DNA from: an uncultured Candidatus Saccharibacteria bacterium
GTDB taxonomy: Bacteria; Patescibacteriota; Minisyncoccia; UBA6257; 2-01-FULL-56-20
DNA length: 64,000 bases
Assembly (NCBI GenBank): GCA_964365185.1
Contig: CAYIOP010000002.1
Location: 66,684 to 130,683 of the forward strand
Reading direction: 5' to 3'
A program made the position numbers and the translations under genes. Each line of letters starts with the position of its first letter. Positions within the stretch are counted from its first letter, which is position 1. A model generated the notes under the pieces. It did not search any database, was not told the origin of the DNA, and saw nothing but the letters and a program-made list of their open reading frames with translations. This document shows, piece by piece, positions 19,300 to 28,064 of this stretch.

Positions 19300-20529
19300 A
19301 TGAAAGAACTAAGCTTTAAAAAAAAGATTTTCTTCACAATTGTTATCATCTTATTCCTGCTTATCTTTGCCGAAATTATTGCCAGAGTAATTTTAAACAA
19401 CAACGGTTCAATTAGTATCAACGAGCGGAAGAATAAATTCGAACCCTATCAAAATAAGGCCTGGGCCGAGCAATATTTTAAAGACGAAGCTTTATGTGCC
19501 AAACAGAGAGATAATTTCAAAGCCACTACTAGTAGTTTTGCTCGGTATATTATTTACGACGTTGGCTATCCCGGTTGTGAGTCAGAAACTATTAATTACT
19601 TTGGCGGGAACAGAAGAAAAACCTGGAATCCCGAATACAATCCCGAAAAAACAAAGCCTAAAATTTATCACGTCGGATTTTTTGGCGGATCAACCACTCA
19701 GGGCGCGGGCGTCCCGGATGCTTTAACCATCCCCTCTTTTTTTTCTAAAATAGTGAATAAATCAACCAGTACTATTATTTATAATGTTGAAAATTTTGGT
19801 GTTTCTGGTTACACCTACACCCAGGCCATGGTCAAACTCATATTTCTTCTGAAAGAAGGAACCAAGTTTGATTATGTGATTTTCTACAACGGAGCCAACG
19901 ATATTGATAATGCTTATGAAGCTGGATTGGTTGGGGCAATTTATGGAGAGAAAACAGTTGAAAATCGTCTCTATGGAGGCCTTATCGGTCAAATCAAAGA
20001 AGTATTTAAAGACCAGATAGGTTCCTGTGGATTATGCCGTTTTGTTATCACCTTTTCCAGAAACACCCCGTTTCTTAAAGATCAACTAACTCCACTGTTG
20101 GTCAAGATTAGAAAGGTCTTACTTTTCAAGGAAGGAGCCAAGACGAGCGAGGAATCGCTTGACCATTTCGCTCAAGGTATCGCTGATAACTACATTCAAT
20201 CTCATAAATTTTTAGATCACCTTTCAAACGCTTACGGCTTCAAGTACCTCGATTTTTGGCAACCCTCGCTTCAGTATGAAGACGGTCCGGTCGGAGGAGA
20301 AAAAATATATTGGAATATTGACAATCGTCTCACTGATGAAAAACTCAAAGCACTTTACCGTCTAACTCTAGAAGATGTAATCTCCGCCAACCTTAATAAT
20401 TTTTATGACTTATCTCAATCTCTTGCCGGCAGAAAAAAAGCTTATTATCTCGATGCCGTCCATATTAGTGATGAAGGTAATGAAGCTGTCGCTAAAAAAA
20501 TCTCTGATATATTTGAAAAAAGGTTCTAG
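19300..20529 (+). CDS. SGNH/GDSL-type hydrolase with N-terminal membrane anchor
   Basis: Block I YHVGFFGGSTTQG, block III FYNGANDI and block V DAVHISDEG match the SGNH hydrolase catalytic motifs. An N-terminal transmembrane segment is present. Confidence 0.55.
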   Translation: MKELSFKKKIFFTIVIILFLLIFAEIIARVILNNNGSISINERKNKFEPYQNKAWAEQYFKDEALCAKQRDNFKATTSSFARYIIYDVGYPGCESETINYFGGNRRKTWNPEYNPEKTKPKIYHVGFFGGSTTQGAGVPDALTIPSFFSKIVNKSTSTIIYNVENFGVSGYTYTQAMVKLIFLLKEGTKFDYVIFYNGANDIDNAYEAGLVGAIYGEKTVENRLYGGLIGQIKEVFKDQIGSCGLCRFVITFSRNTPFLKDQLTPLLVKIRKVLLFKEGAKTSEESLDHFAQGIADNYIQSHKFLDHLSNAYGFKYLDFWQPSLQYEDGPVGGEKIYWNIDNRLTDEKLKALYRLTLEDVISANLNNFYDLSQSLAGRKKAYYLDAVHISDEGNEAVAKKISDIFEKRF

Positions 20530-20548
20530 GTATTGTAAGATTTTTTAA

Positions 20549-20707
20549 ATGAATAAACTCGGCATTCTTAAAGAATTTTGGGATTTTTTAAAGTCTCGTC
20601 GAAAATGGTGGATTTTCATTGTTGCCTTTTTCTTGATCTTGATAGCAAGTTTTGTTTTCCTCTCTCAAGGTTCTGTTGTTGCGCCTTTCATCTACACCAT
20701 CTTTTAA
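20549..20707 (+). CDS. DUF5989-family small membrane protein (not in the supplied ORF track, 52 aa)
   Basis: Translation MNKLGILKEFWDFLKSRRKWWIFIVAFFLILIASFVFLSQGSVVAPFIYTIF matches the DUF5989 consensus (EFW.FLK.RKKWW, APFIY.LF) found beside carbamoyltransferase/SxtJ genes. The listed ORF 20578-20787 is an out-of-frame overlap. Confidence 0.6.
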   Translation: MNKLGILKEFWDFLKSRRKWWIFIVAFFLILIASFVFLSQGSVVAPFIYTIF

Positions 20708-20713
20708 CTGAGC

Positions 20714-21817
20714 ATGAAAAAAGTACTCATCACCGGAGGGGCCGGATTCATCGGCAGCCATACCGCCGATGCCCTAAAAAAACTTAGGTATAAAATAAAA
20801 ATCCTCGACAATCTCGCCCCACCCACCCATAAGACACCAAAATGGCCCGCCTATGTTTTAGGCAAGGGCTATGAACTTATTAAGGGCGATGTCTGCGATC
20901 GCCGGGTTGTATCGAGAGCCCTCCAAGGAGTTGATTTTATCTTTCATTTCGCGGCCTACCAAGACCAAAGGAATGACTTCTCTCATTTTTTTAAAATTAA
21001 TACCTTAAGTTCCGCCTTGCTCTATGAGCTTATCACTGAGAAAAAATTCCCGGTTAAAAAAATAATTCTGGCTAGCACTCAGTTTGTTTATGGCGATGGC
21101 AAATATTTATGTTCCCGCTCTAAAAAAGAATTTTTTCCCGAACCCCGCGCTTTGTCGGCACTAAAAAAAGGGGACTGGTCTATTAAATGTCCCAACGGCC
21201 ACCCTGCCACTTTTTTGAAATTTGAAGAAGATCAAAAACTCACCCCCACCAATTCCTACGGTCTCTCCAAGCAAGCCATGGAAAATTTGGCTCTTCGCTT
21301 TGGCAAAACCCATGGCCTTTCCACTACCATCCTTCGTTATTCTATAGTCCAGGGTCCACGACAATCTCCGCATAATCTTTATTCCGGCGCTATGCGGATT
21401 TTTGTAAGCCAAGCCCTGGCCAGCGTTCCACTGACTGTTTATGAAGATGGCCTAGAAACCAGAGATTTTGTAAATATTGAAGATGTCGTCCGAGCCAATC
21501 TCCTTACCCTTAAAAACCCAAAAACAAATTTTCAGATATTGAATGTTGGCGGTGGTCGCGGCTATCGAGTGATTGATTTTGCCAAACTTATTAAAAAAAT
21601 TAGCCGCTCCTCTTCGTCGATTCTAGTCGGCTCTTTCCGTCGTACTGATACTCGCCACGCCGTCTCTGATATCTCTAAAATAAAAAAATTGGGCTGGTCT
21701 CCCCGACGTGGAATTGATTATTCAATTAAAACTTATCTTGAGTGGTTTACTGATAATGGTTTCGATAAAAAACTTCATTCTCAAGACCTCGTTAAACTCC
21801 AAGAAGGCATAAAATAA
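20714..21817 (+). CDS. NAD-dependent epimerase/dehydratase-family protein with Cys-containing insertion
   Basis: MKKVLITGGAGFIGSH Rossmann motif and SDR fold. An insertion ...KYLCSRSKKEFF...WSIKCPNGHP... separates the YGDG and YxxxK regions. Confidence 0.55.
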   Translation: MKKVLITGGAGFIGSHTADALKKLRYKIKILDNLAPPTHKTPKWPAYVLGKGYELIKGDVCDRRVVSRALQGVDFIFHFAAYQDQRNDFSHFFKINTLSSALLYELITEKKFPVKKIILASTQFVYGDGKYLCSRSKKEFFPEPRALSALKKGDWSIKCPNGHPATFLKFEEDQKLTPTNSYGLSKQAMENLALRFGKTHGLSTTILRYSIVQGPRQSPHNLYSGAMRIFVSQALASVPLTVYEDGLETRDFVNIEDVVRANLLTLKNPKTNFQILNVGGGRGYRVIDFAKLIKKISRSSSSILVGSFRRTDTRHAVSDISKIKKLGWSPRRGIDYSIKTYLEWFTDNGFDKKLHSQDLVKLQEGIK

Positions 21818-21867
21818 TAAGCTAATTTTATTGACTTATTGGTCGGCTTGTTTTAATCTACCTAAAC

Positions 21868-22890
21868 ATGATTGTTGTTCGCGCTCCCTTAAGAATTAGC
21901 TTTGTTGGCGGCGGCACCGACCTCCCCGATTTTTATCATCAGCGTCCTGGCCGCGTTATTTCAACCGCCATCGACAAGTTTGTCTATGTGGTAGTCAATC
22001 GTACCCCCATGATCGATAAAGTCGTGGCGCGTTATTCTATTACTGAATCAGTCAGCCACCCCAGCGAACTCGAGCACACCCGCATCAAAGCTGCTCTAAC
22101 GGATTTGGGCATTCACAAAAATATTGAAATTTCTTCTTTCGCCACCATGCCCTCTAAAACTGGTCTTGGTTCCTCCTCCAGTTTTTCAGTGGCTTTAATC
22201 AAGGCCCTAAACGCTTTTCAAGGTAAAAAAATTGATGCTCGCGAAGCCGCTGAAGCTGCTAGTCGTCTTGAGATTGAATTGGTAGGTGAGCCTATTGGCA
22301 AACAAGATCAATACGCTGCTTCCTTAGGCGGTTTTAATGTGATTCAGTTTAATCCCGATGAATCAGTTGATGTCTCCCCGGTTTTAATTGATTATAAAAA
22401 ACGTTTGGCTTTAGAGAGTAGCATCCTTTTGTTTTTTACGGGCATCACTCGCTCTACTTCTTCGGTTCTAACCGAGCAAAAAGCCAATATCGACAGTAAG
22501 TTTGGGACTCTCTCTGAGATGGCGGATTCGGTTCCGGAATTTAGCAACCTTGTTCTTGAAGGCGATATTCCGGCTATGGGTGCCATGCTTCATCAGGGTT
22601 GGTTAAAGAAAAAAAGCTTAGCGTCTAATTTATCTAATTCTTTAATTGATGATCTTTATAATTCTGGAATTTCCTCTGGCGCTTATGGCGGCAAGATTTT
22701 GGGCGCTGGCGGCGGTGGCTGTATTCTATTTTTAAGCCCTCAGGATAAAAAAGATTCTATTCGCGAAGCAGTCAAAACCGTGGCCGAAAAAAATAATCTT
22801 GTCGGTTTTCGCGAGATTCCAGTTGAATTTGTTCAAAGTGGCGCCGAAGTTTTATATAACGGTGATCATTTCCATTCTCATTTTTCGTAA
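21868..22890 (+). CDS. hddA: D-glycero-alpha-D-manno-heptose 7-phosphate kinase (GHMP kinase)
   Basis: MIVVRAPLRISFVGGGTDLPDFY N-terminus is characteristic of HddA-type GHMP kinases, plus the GLGSSSS ATP-binding motif. Confidence 0.65.
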   Translation: MIVVRAPLRISFVGGGTDLPDFYHQRPGRVISTAIDKFVYVVVNRTPMIDKVVARYSITESVSHPSELEHTRIKAALTDLGIHKNIEISSFATMPSKTGLGSSSSFSVALIKALNAFQGKKIDAREAAEAASRLEIELVGEPIGKQDQYAASLGGFNVIQFNPDESVDVSPVLIDYKKRLALESSILLFFTGITRSTSSVLTEQKANIDSKFGTLSEMADSVPEFSNLVLEGDIPAMGAMLHQGWLKKKSLASNLSNSLIDDLYNSGISSGAYGGKILGAGGGGCILFLSPQDKKDSIREAVKTVAEKNNLVGFREIPVEFVQSGAEVLYNGDHFHSHFS

Positions 22891-22894
22891 AATT

Positions 22895-23500
22895 ATGAAA
22901 ACTCACATCGAAGATTTTAAAAACAAAGTTGATCTGGCTTTAAAAGCCCTGCCCACCGAAGAAATTGCCAAGGCCTTGAATATTCTGGAAGCTGTTTATG
23001 AACGGGATGGCCGCATCTATGTTTTTGGCAACGGCGGCTCTTTGGCCATCGCCACCCATTGGGTGAGCGATTTTAATAAAACCGTTTTCAGCCATCATTT
23101 AGATAAGCATCATCGTCGCTTTCAAGCTATTCGCGTGCCGACCACCGAGGAAGAATTAACCGCTTGGGCCAACGATGCTGGTTTTGATATGGTTTTTGCC
23201 GGCCCCCTTGAAAACTACTTGCAAGATCCGGATGTCGTAATTGCCATCTCTAGCTCCGGCGCTTCCCCGAATGTTATTAAAGCTGTCGAGCTTGCCCGAA
23301 GTCGCAAAGTTCCTGTTATTGGGATTTCTGGTTTTGGCTCTGATAATCAGTTAAATCAACTCGCCACCGTCAAGATTCATGTCCCGGCTGAAAAAGGGGA
23401 ATATGAAATTGTTGAAGGCGTTCACGGGATTATCCTGCATCTCATGACTAAATATTTCAAAGATTATTTCGATCACATAGTAGCCAAGTCAGAAAACTAA
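22895..23500 (+). CDS. gmhA: SIS-domain phosphoheptose isomerase (second GmhA paralog)
   Basis: YVFGNGGSLAIATHWVSDF SIS motif. ATG at 22895 is chosen because the listed ORF start at 22799 would overlap hddA. Confidence 0.6.
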   Translation: MKTHIEDFKNKVDLALKALPTEEIAKALNILEAVYERDGRIYVFGNGGSLAIATHWVSDFNKTVFSHHLDKHHRRFQAIRVPTTEEELTAWANDAGFDMVFAGPLENYLQDPDVVIAISSSGASPNVIKAVELARSRKVPVIGISGFGSDNQLNQLATVKIHVPAEKGEYEIVEGVHGIILHLMTKYFKDYFDHIVAKSEN

Positions 23501-24051
23501 TGAAAGCAGTTTTCTTAGATCGTGACGGGACTATTAATAAGGAAGTTAACCTCCTAAGAAATCTAAAACAGCTGAAAATCCTTCCCAAAGCCGCCGAAGC
23601 CATCAGGAAAATCAACCAACTTGGTTTTCTGGTGGTTGTGATTACTAATCAAGCTGTGGTGGCCCGCGGCTGGCTAACTGAAAAAGGCGTGGATGAAATT
23701 CACGCTGTTTTAATAAAGCGCCTGGCAAAAAAAGGCGCCAAAATTGATGCTATCTATTACTGCCCGCACCATCCCGAAGCTAATTTTAAAAAATATCGCG
23801 TTAAATGTCGCTGCCGCAAACCGAATCTTGGTATGATTTTAAAAGCCGCCAAAAAGTTCAAAATTAATTTTAAAAAAAGTTTTATGGTCGGCGACCACAC
23901 CCGCGACATTTTAACCGGCCATCGCGCTAGCCTCAAAACCATTTTAGTTAAAACTGGCTACGCTGGCAAAGATGGCTACCACGACATAAAGCCCGATTTC
24001 ACAGCCAAGAATCTTTTTGAAGCTGTAAAAATTATCAAACGTAATTCTTAA
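23500..24051 (+). CDS. gmhB: D-glycero-D-manno-heptose 1,7-bisphosphate phosphatase (HAD IIIA)
   Basis: VFLDRDGTIN HAD motif I and the GmhB zinc-binding C-x-H-x...C-x-C motif (YYCPHHPEANFKKYRVKCRCRKPNLGMI). Confidence 0.8.
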   Translation: MKAVFLDRDGTINKEVNLLRNLKQLKILPKAAEAIRKINQLGFLVVVITNQAVVARGWLTEKGVDEIHAVLIKRLAKKGAKIDAIYYCPHHPEANFKKYRVKCRCRKPNLGMILKAAKKFKINFKKSFMVGDHTRDILTGHRASLKTILVKTGYAGKDGYHDIKPDFTAKNLFEAVKIIKRNS

Positions 24052-24111
24052 TTCCTATTTCGTAATTCATAATTCGTCACTCATGATTCATAATTCATCA
24101 CTCATTAATCA
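24042..24111. repeat. heptamer-periodic array (TAATTCN units x about 10) spanning the gmhB stop and hddC start
   Basis: taattct taattcc tatttcg taattca taattcg tcactca tgattca taattca tcactca ttaatca. Confidence 0.6.
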
Positions 24112-24859
24112 AGCCATCCTTCTCTCCGCCGGCCTAGGCACTCGTCTCCGTGATATTACCAAAGGCGAAATTCCAAAAGTTATGGTCCCGCTTCTTGGTA
24201 AGCCGCTTTTGGAGTGGCACCTTGAGGCTTTCAAAAAATACGGCGTGAGTGATTTTTTCATCAATCTTCATTATCTCCCCGAAGTTATTAAAAATTATTT
24301 TGGCGACGGCTCTAAATGGGGAGTTAAAATTCAATACAATTTCGAACCAGAAATCATGGGTACCGCGGGCGGTATCAAAGGTTTCTCCGCTGAAGGCGGA
24401 TCCGCCTCTGGCGGAGAAAACCAGCTCGCTGATAATTTTTTTGTCATCTACGCCGACACCTTTTATCAAATCAATTATAATCGCATTGCCGACCTTTATT
24501 TTTCACTTGAAAACCCGATTGGTTTAGGCACTGTGAGAATCACCGATCACCCCGAGGATTCTGATTTGGCTATCGTCGGAGAAAACAACGAAGTCAAAGA
24601 ATTTCTAATTAAACCGCATAAAAAACTCCCCGAAAAAAGTTTTTATGGCACTTCTGCTCCCTATATCTTTTCCAAAAAAATTCTGGAATATATTCCAGAA
24701 AATAAATATTACGAAATTGATCATAATCTTGTGCCGGATCTCTTAGCTCGTGGCTTTAAATATTACGCTTATAAATTAAAAAGCGATGAATTCCGAAAAG
24801 ACATTGGCACTGCCGATCGCTACCATTTTGTTGAAAATTATCTGAAAAATTTAAAATAA
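24083..24859 (+). CDS. hddC: D-glycero-alpha-D-manno-heptose 1-phosphate guanylyltransferase-like sugar nucleotidyltransferase
   Basis: AILLSAGLGTRLRDIT nucleotidyltransferase motif and GTAGGI. Position after gmhB as in GDP-heptose clusters. It carries the inserted EGGSASGGEN peptide. Confidence 0.6.
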   Translation: MIHNSSLINQAILLSAGLGTRLRDITKGEIPKVMVPLLGKPLLEWHLEAFKKYGVSDFFINLHYLPEVIKNYFGDGSKWGVKIQYNFEPEIMGTAGGIKGFSAEGGSASGGENQLADNFFVIYADTFYQINYNRIADLYFSLENPIGLGTVRITDHPEDSDLAIVGENNEVKEFLIKPHKKLPEKSFYGTSAPYIFSKKILEYIPENKYYEIDHNLVPDLLARGFKYYAYKLKSDEFRKDIGTADRYHFVENYLKNLK

Positions 24860-24919
24860 AAAGGCCGATATGTGTTTTCACTCATCGGCCCCATTGAATT
24901 CGAATTGGGTCAGTTCCAG

Positions 24920-25669
24920 TTAACTTTCCCCTTCAAATGATTTGAGTAAATTCTCAATCCCGATTTGTTTCCAACTGGTAAATATCGGCATCGCTCCCGC
25001 ATCAACGAGTTTTGCCACCGTTTCCCCCTTGTAATTAACCGGCATTCCGACCGCTCTCGATTCAGCCGCTATCGCAGCTTGCACGCCCCTAGGAGAATCT
25101 TCAAAAACAAGCTGTTGTTTTGAAGGTATACCCATTCTCTCGGCTGTTAAGAGAAAAACCTCCGGGTGCGGCTTTAATTCTTTGACGTGACTATGAAGTA
25201 TTATGTTGGCGGGCCGGAATATTTTAGTCAACCCTGCCTTTTTAAGGATAAAATTAGCTTCATCTTCCCGTGTAAGAGAACCAATCGCTAATCCCAACCC
25301 CATATGTTCCAATTTATGGAAAATATCCAGAAATCCCGGACGAGGTTGAATTTCGGGAATTGCAAACAAACTTTCCCGATAGCCCGCAACGTCAAAATCT
25401 TCGATATCTTTGACAGAAAGATTCTTGTCGCTTAACTCAAAGATTTCCTCCGCTACCCTTCTATCGGGTCCTCCGATCGAATGAGGCAGAACTCTAAACA
25501 TTTCATCAAAATCCCCAATTTTAACTCCCGCTTTTTCGGCCGCCAGAATGTGTCCTTGCCAATGAAATTTTTCTAAATCCACCACCGTTCCCTCTAAATC
25601 AAAGGCAATTCCTAGAGTTGCTTGATTGTTCACATAAACTCCTTTCTTAAAATCTTTATTTCGTCGCAA
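24920..25669 (-). CDS. HAD-superfamily hydrolase (subfamily IA, beta-phosphoglucomutase-like)
   Basis: LGIAFDLEGTVVD motif I and downstream HAD motifs. Confidence 0.5.
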   Translation of the reverse strand: MRRNKDFKKGVYVNNQATLGIAFDLEGTVVDLEKFHWQGHILAAEKAGVKIGDFDEMFRVLPHSIGGPDRRVAEEIFELSDKNLSVKDIEDFDVAGYRESLFAIPEIQPRPGFLDIFHKLEHMGLGLAIGSLTREDEANFILKKAGLTKIFRPANIILHSHVKELKPHPEVFLLTAERMGIPSKQQLVFEDSPRGVQAAIAAESRAVGMPVNYKGETVAKLVDAGAMPIFTSWKQIGIENLLKSFEGES

Positions 25670-26129
25670 TTAGATATACCGCTCCCAGCGCCACCACAAA
25701 CCCAAGCGCCTTCCGAATAGAAAAATCTGCTCCCAGCATTGTTATCCCACAGAGCTCATTCACCGCGATCTGAGTCAGAACGATTACTAAAATCACGGTA
25801 GAAGCTTTTTCTTGCTGAGCAGCGCGTAAGTTCCCCAAAAGCTTGATAGTGCCCAGTCCGTTTAGCATCCCCGCAATTATGGCGATTGGATAAACAGTCA
25901 ATGGTATTAATCCCAGGCCCACTCCGATTCCTAGAGCCAGTGTGGCTGCAAGAAAAGTGTTAAATATCACCCCACTCATAACTCCTGTAAAGTAAGCCGC
26001 AAGGATGATGGCGGTAGTCGGCAAAGCCAGCATAAGCGACTGGTTAATGTCAGGTAAGTTGCTCTTCCTCATAATCAGAGGCCAGAGTCCAAAGCAAGTT
26101 CCAGCCAAAAAGCATCCTAATAAGTTCAT
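25656..26129 (-). CDS. small polytopic membrane protein (4-5 TM, EamA-half-like)
   Basis: 157 aa, almost entirely hydrophobic helices. Confidence 0.35.
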   Translation of the reverse strand: MNLLGCFLAGTCFGLWPLIMRKSNLPDINQSLMLALPTTAIILAAYFTGVMSGVIFNTFLAATLALGIGVGLGLIPLTVYPIAIIAGMLNGLGTIKLLGNLRAAQQEKASTVILVIVLTQIAVNELCGITMLGADFSIRKALGFVVALGAVYLIATK

Positions 26130-26278
26130 CTTTCTCTCCTTTATTTCAATCTTTCATTTTTTCAATTGTCAAAAGTGCACCATATCATAAATTATTCAAA
26201 TGATTTTGTAAAGAATTTTTATAAAATAAAAAACCACCACTTCCTCCGAAATGATGGTTTGTTGTTTTTAAAAAGTGA

Positions 26279-27193
26279 TTAAGCCAGAAGATACTCGACT
26301 GTTGTCTCATGCGGCCACGGGAGAATAATGCGCCCATCTCCTAAGAGGGCCAAATATTCCGTGGCGCCCCAATGATTCAAAATCGGCAAGTAAAATCCAT
26401 AGCTGAAATTCCCTTTTAAGAATTTGAGGGCCACCATGTAATCCGGTCGCAAACCCTTATCTTCACTTCTGAATTTCGTGTTGTAAAGATTAACTATCAT
26501 TGAGATCGCAGAGGCGAGGTTGCTTATATTGCTTTCTGTCATCTCAAAGTTTGTATTGCGGGGAACAATAAAACATTGTCCAGCCCTATGACCTCCTGCC
26601 ACGACCGCGAAGTCGCTATCAGCAGCGATCGTAAATTCTCGAGGAGAAATTAAAGCGGTTCTTATCTCCTTTTCAATAAGCGCTCCGCTTTGTAGACCCG
26701 GCGTACGTATGCTATTCCTGCCGCCAACGCCCCACATAAGTTCCGGCTCATAGCCCTCAAATCCATACTTAATCCTATGAAAATGAAGGTGAGGAAAATT
26801 CTGTCCTGCCAGATAACCAATATGGGCGCTTAAGATTAATTCCTCTTCTTTGAATTCTTCTATCAGCATAGAATTTATGGTCAGTACGTCAGTAATGATT
26901 GAAGGGCCGCCTAATCTCCAAAGTCGGTCAATCCTCCAACATTTATCCGATATGATCAGCTGGTGAGATAAAAAAGGTGTGAACTTGTTTGAGATTACTC
27001 TCAATTCTCCCTTTCTCGTAATTGTCCGATTATAAAGATCATCTTCCTTTTCAAACGGACATTTTGATGGATCGACTCTAACTCTTGGTTGCCACGGCCT
27101 TTTTAGTTTAACTTCAGTCCTTGTCCCGCCATAAGCAATTTGCATGCCGCCGGGGACAATCTTTATCATAGTCTTTGGTTTTTTCACTTCCAC
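26279..27193 (-). CDS. galactose-1-phosphate uridylyltransferase-like (GalT/HIT superfamily) protein
   Basis: KLKRPWQP (compare E. coli GalT RAKRPWQG), VISNKFTPFL (GalT VFTNDFAAL) and GQNFPHLHFH (GalT SNPHPHGQ His-x-His). Confidence 0.5.
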   Translation of the reverse strand: MEVKKPKTMIKIVPGGMQIAYGGTRTEVKLKRPWQPRVRVDPSKCPFEKEDDLYNRTITRKGELRVISNKFTPFLSHQLIISDKCWRIDRLWRLGGPSIITDVLTINSMLIEEFKEEELILSAHIGYLAGQNFPHLHFHRIKYGFEGYEPELMWGVGGRNSIRTPGLQSGALIEKEIRTALISPREFTIAADSDFAVVAGGHRAGQCFIVPRNTNFEMTESNISNLASAISMIVNLYNTKFRSEDKGLRPDYMVALKFLKGNFSYGFYLPILNHWGATEYLALLGDGRIILPWPHETTVEYLLA

Positions 27194-27197
27194 CTCC

Positions 27198-28064
27198 TTA
27201 AGGTTTTTTTCTTTCCAATAAGTCGAGAAGTTTAGCTGACGTTGATAAAACCGCTAATATTTCCCCTCCGTCTTCAGGATTGGCAAAAGCCAATATATCA
27301 GCGCAATCATCTGGCGTGGCTGGGGTGCCGTCAAATTTCACTACTCCGCCATCAGTTTCTCGTGTCGCTTCTTGGGCAAAGAGCAAAATCGGCCAGTTAT
27401 CCCACGGTTGATTGCCTTTGGTTATAATGGCGCTTGTTTTGCCCAGAACAAAAGTGATTGCCGCCACTGAACTAGAATGGCTCGGTCTTGTTGTAAAGGT
27501 TTTTATCACATCCGCAACCGGCGGAACACCAAATTTTGTAGCCCTTCCTTCTGGCATAATCATAATCCGCTTTAATTCTTTTGGTCGGGCTGCGGACAGT
27601 TTCTCGAATGCACTTTGTTCTCCGCGCCACACATAAACACCTTTGCTGTTTTCGGCGTAGAAAAATCCATCACTATGAATTTTCTCTCTTGACGGAATAA
27701 AGATAATCGCCAAAAGAATTTCATTTCCCTTGCGGAATGAAAGCATGGCGCCAAAAGAATATAGTTCCATGGCTCTGTTACCAGTGCCATCCAAACCATC
27801 GATGGTGGCATAAATCTGATTTTGATCAGCCAGGAATCTGCTCATCGCCTCCGGACTGTTTCTATCTTCCTCGGCAATGATGGTAACATTAGGGAAATGT
27901 TTCTTAATTATTCTGGCCAAGACGTCTCTGGCATAGAGATCAAGATTGGAAACCGGAGTTTTATCCTCTTTTAATCGAATCTTATCCCCACTCGAACGGT
28001 CAAGATATAACGGCAGCATCTTAAGAAATTCTTGCCGAACCTCCTCATTAAATTTCTTGTACAT
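27198..28064 (-). CDS. inositol monophosphatase-family phosphatase
   Basis: IYATIDGLDGTGN (the DPIDGT motif) and a WDNWP...AQEAT (WD-x-AAG-like) block. Confidence 0.55.
   Translation of the reverse strand: MYKKFNEEVRQEFLKMLPLYLDRSSGDKIRLKEDKTPVSNLDLYARDVLARIIKKHFPNVTIIAEEDRNSPEAMSRFLADQNQIYATIDGLDGTGNRAMELYSFGAMLSFRKGNEILLAIIFIPSREKIHSDGFFYAENSKGVYVWRGEQSAFEKLSAARPKELKRIMIMPEGRATKFGVPPVADVIKTFTTRPSHSSSVAAITFVLGKTSAIITKGNQPWDNWPILLFAQEATRETDGGVVKFDGTPATPDDCADILAFANPEDGGEILAVLSTSAKLLDLLERKKP

Noticed and set aside
20578-20787. Listed 69-aa ORF (MGFFKVSSKMVDFHCCLF...).
   Set aside because: The DUF5989-like ORF in another frame (20549-20707) has a clear family match, an RBS-compatible start and sensible hydrophobic topology. 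The listed ORF also overlaps the next gene's start.
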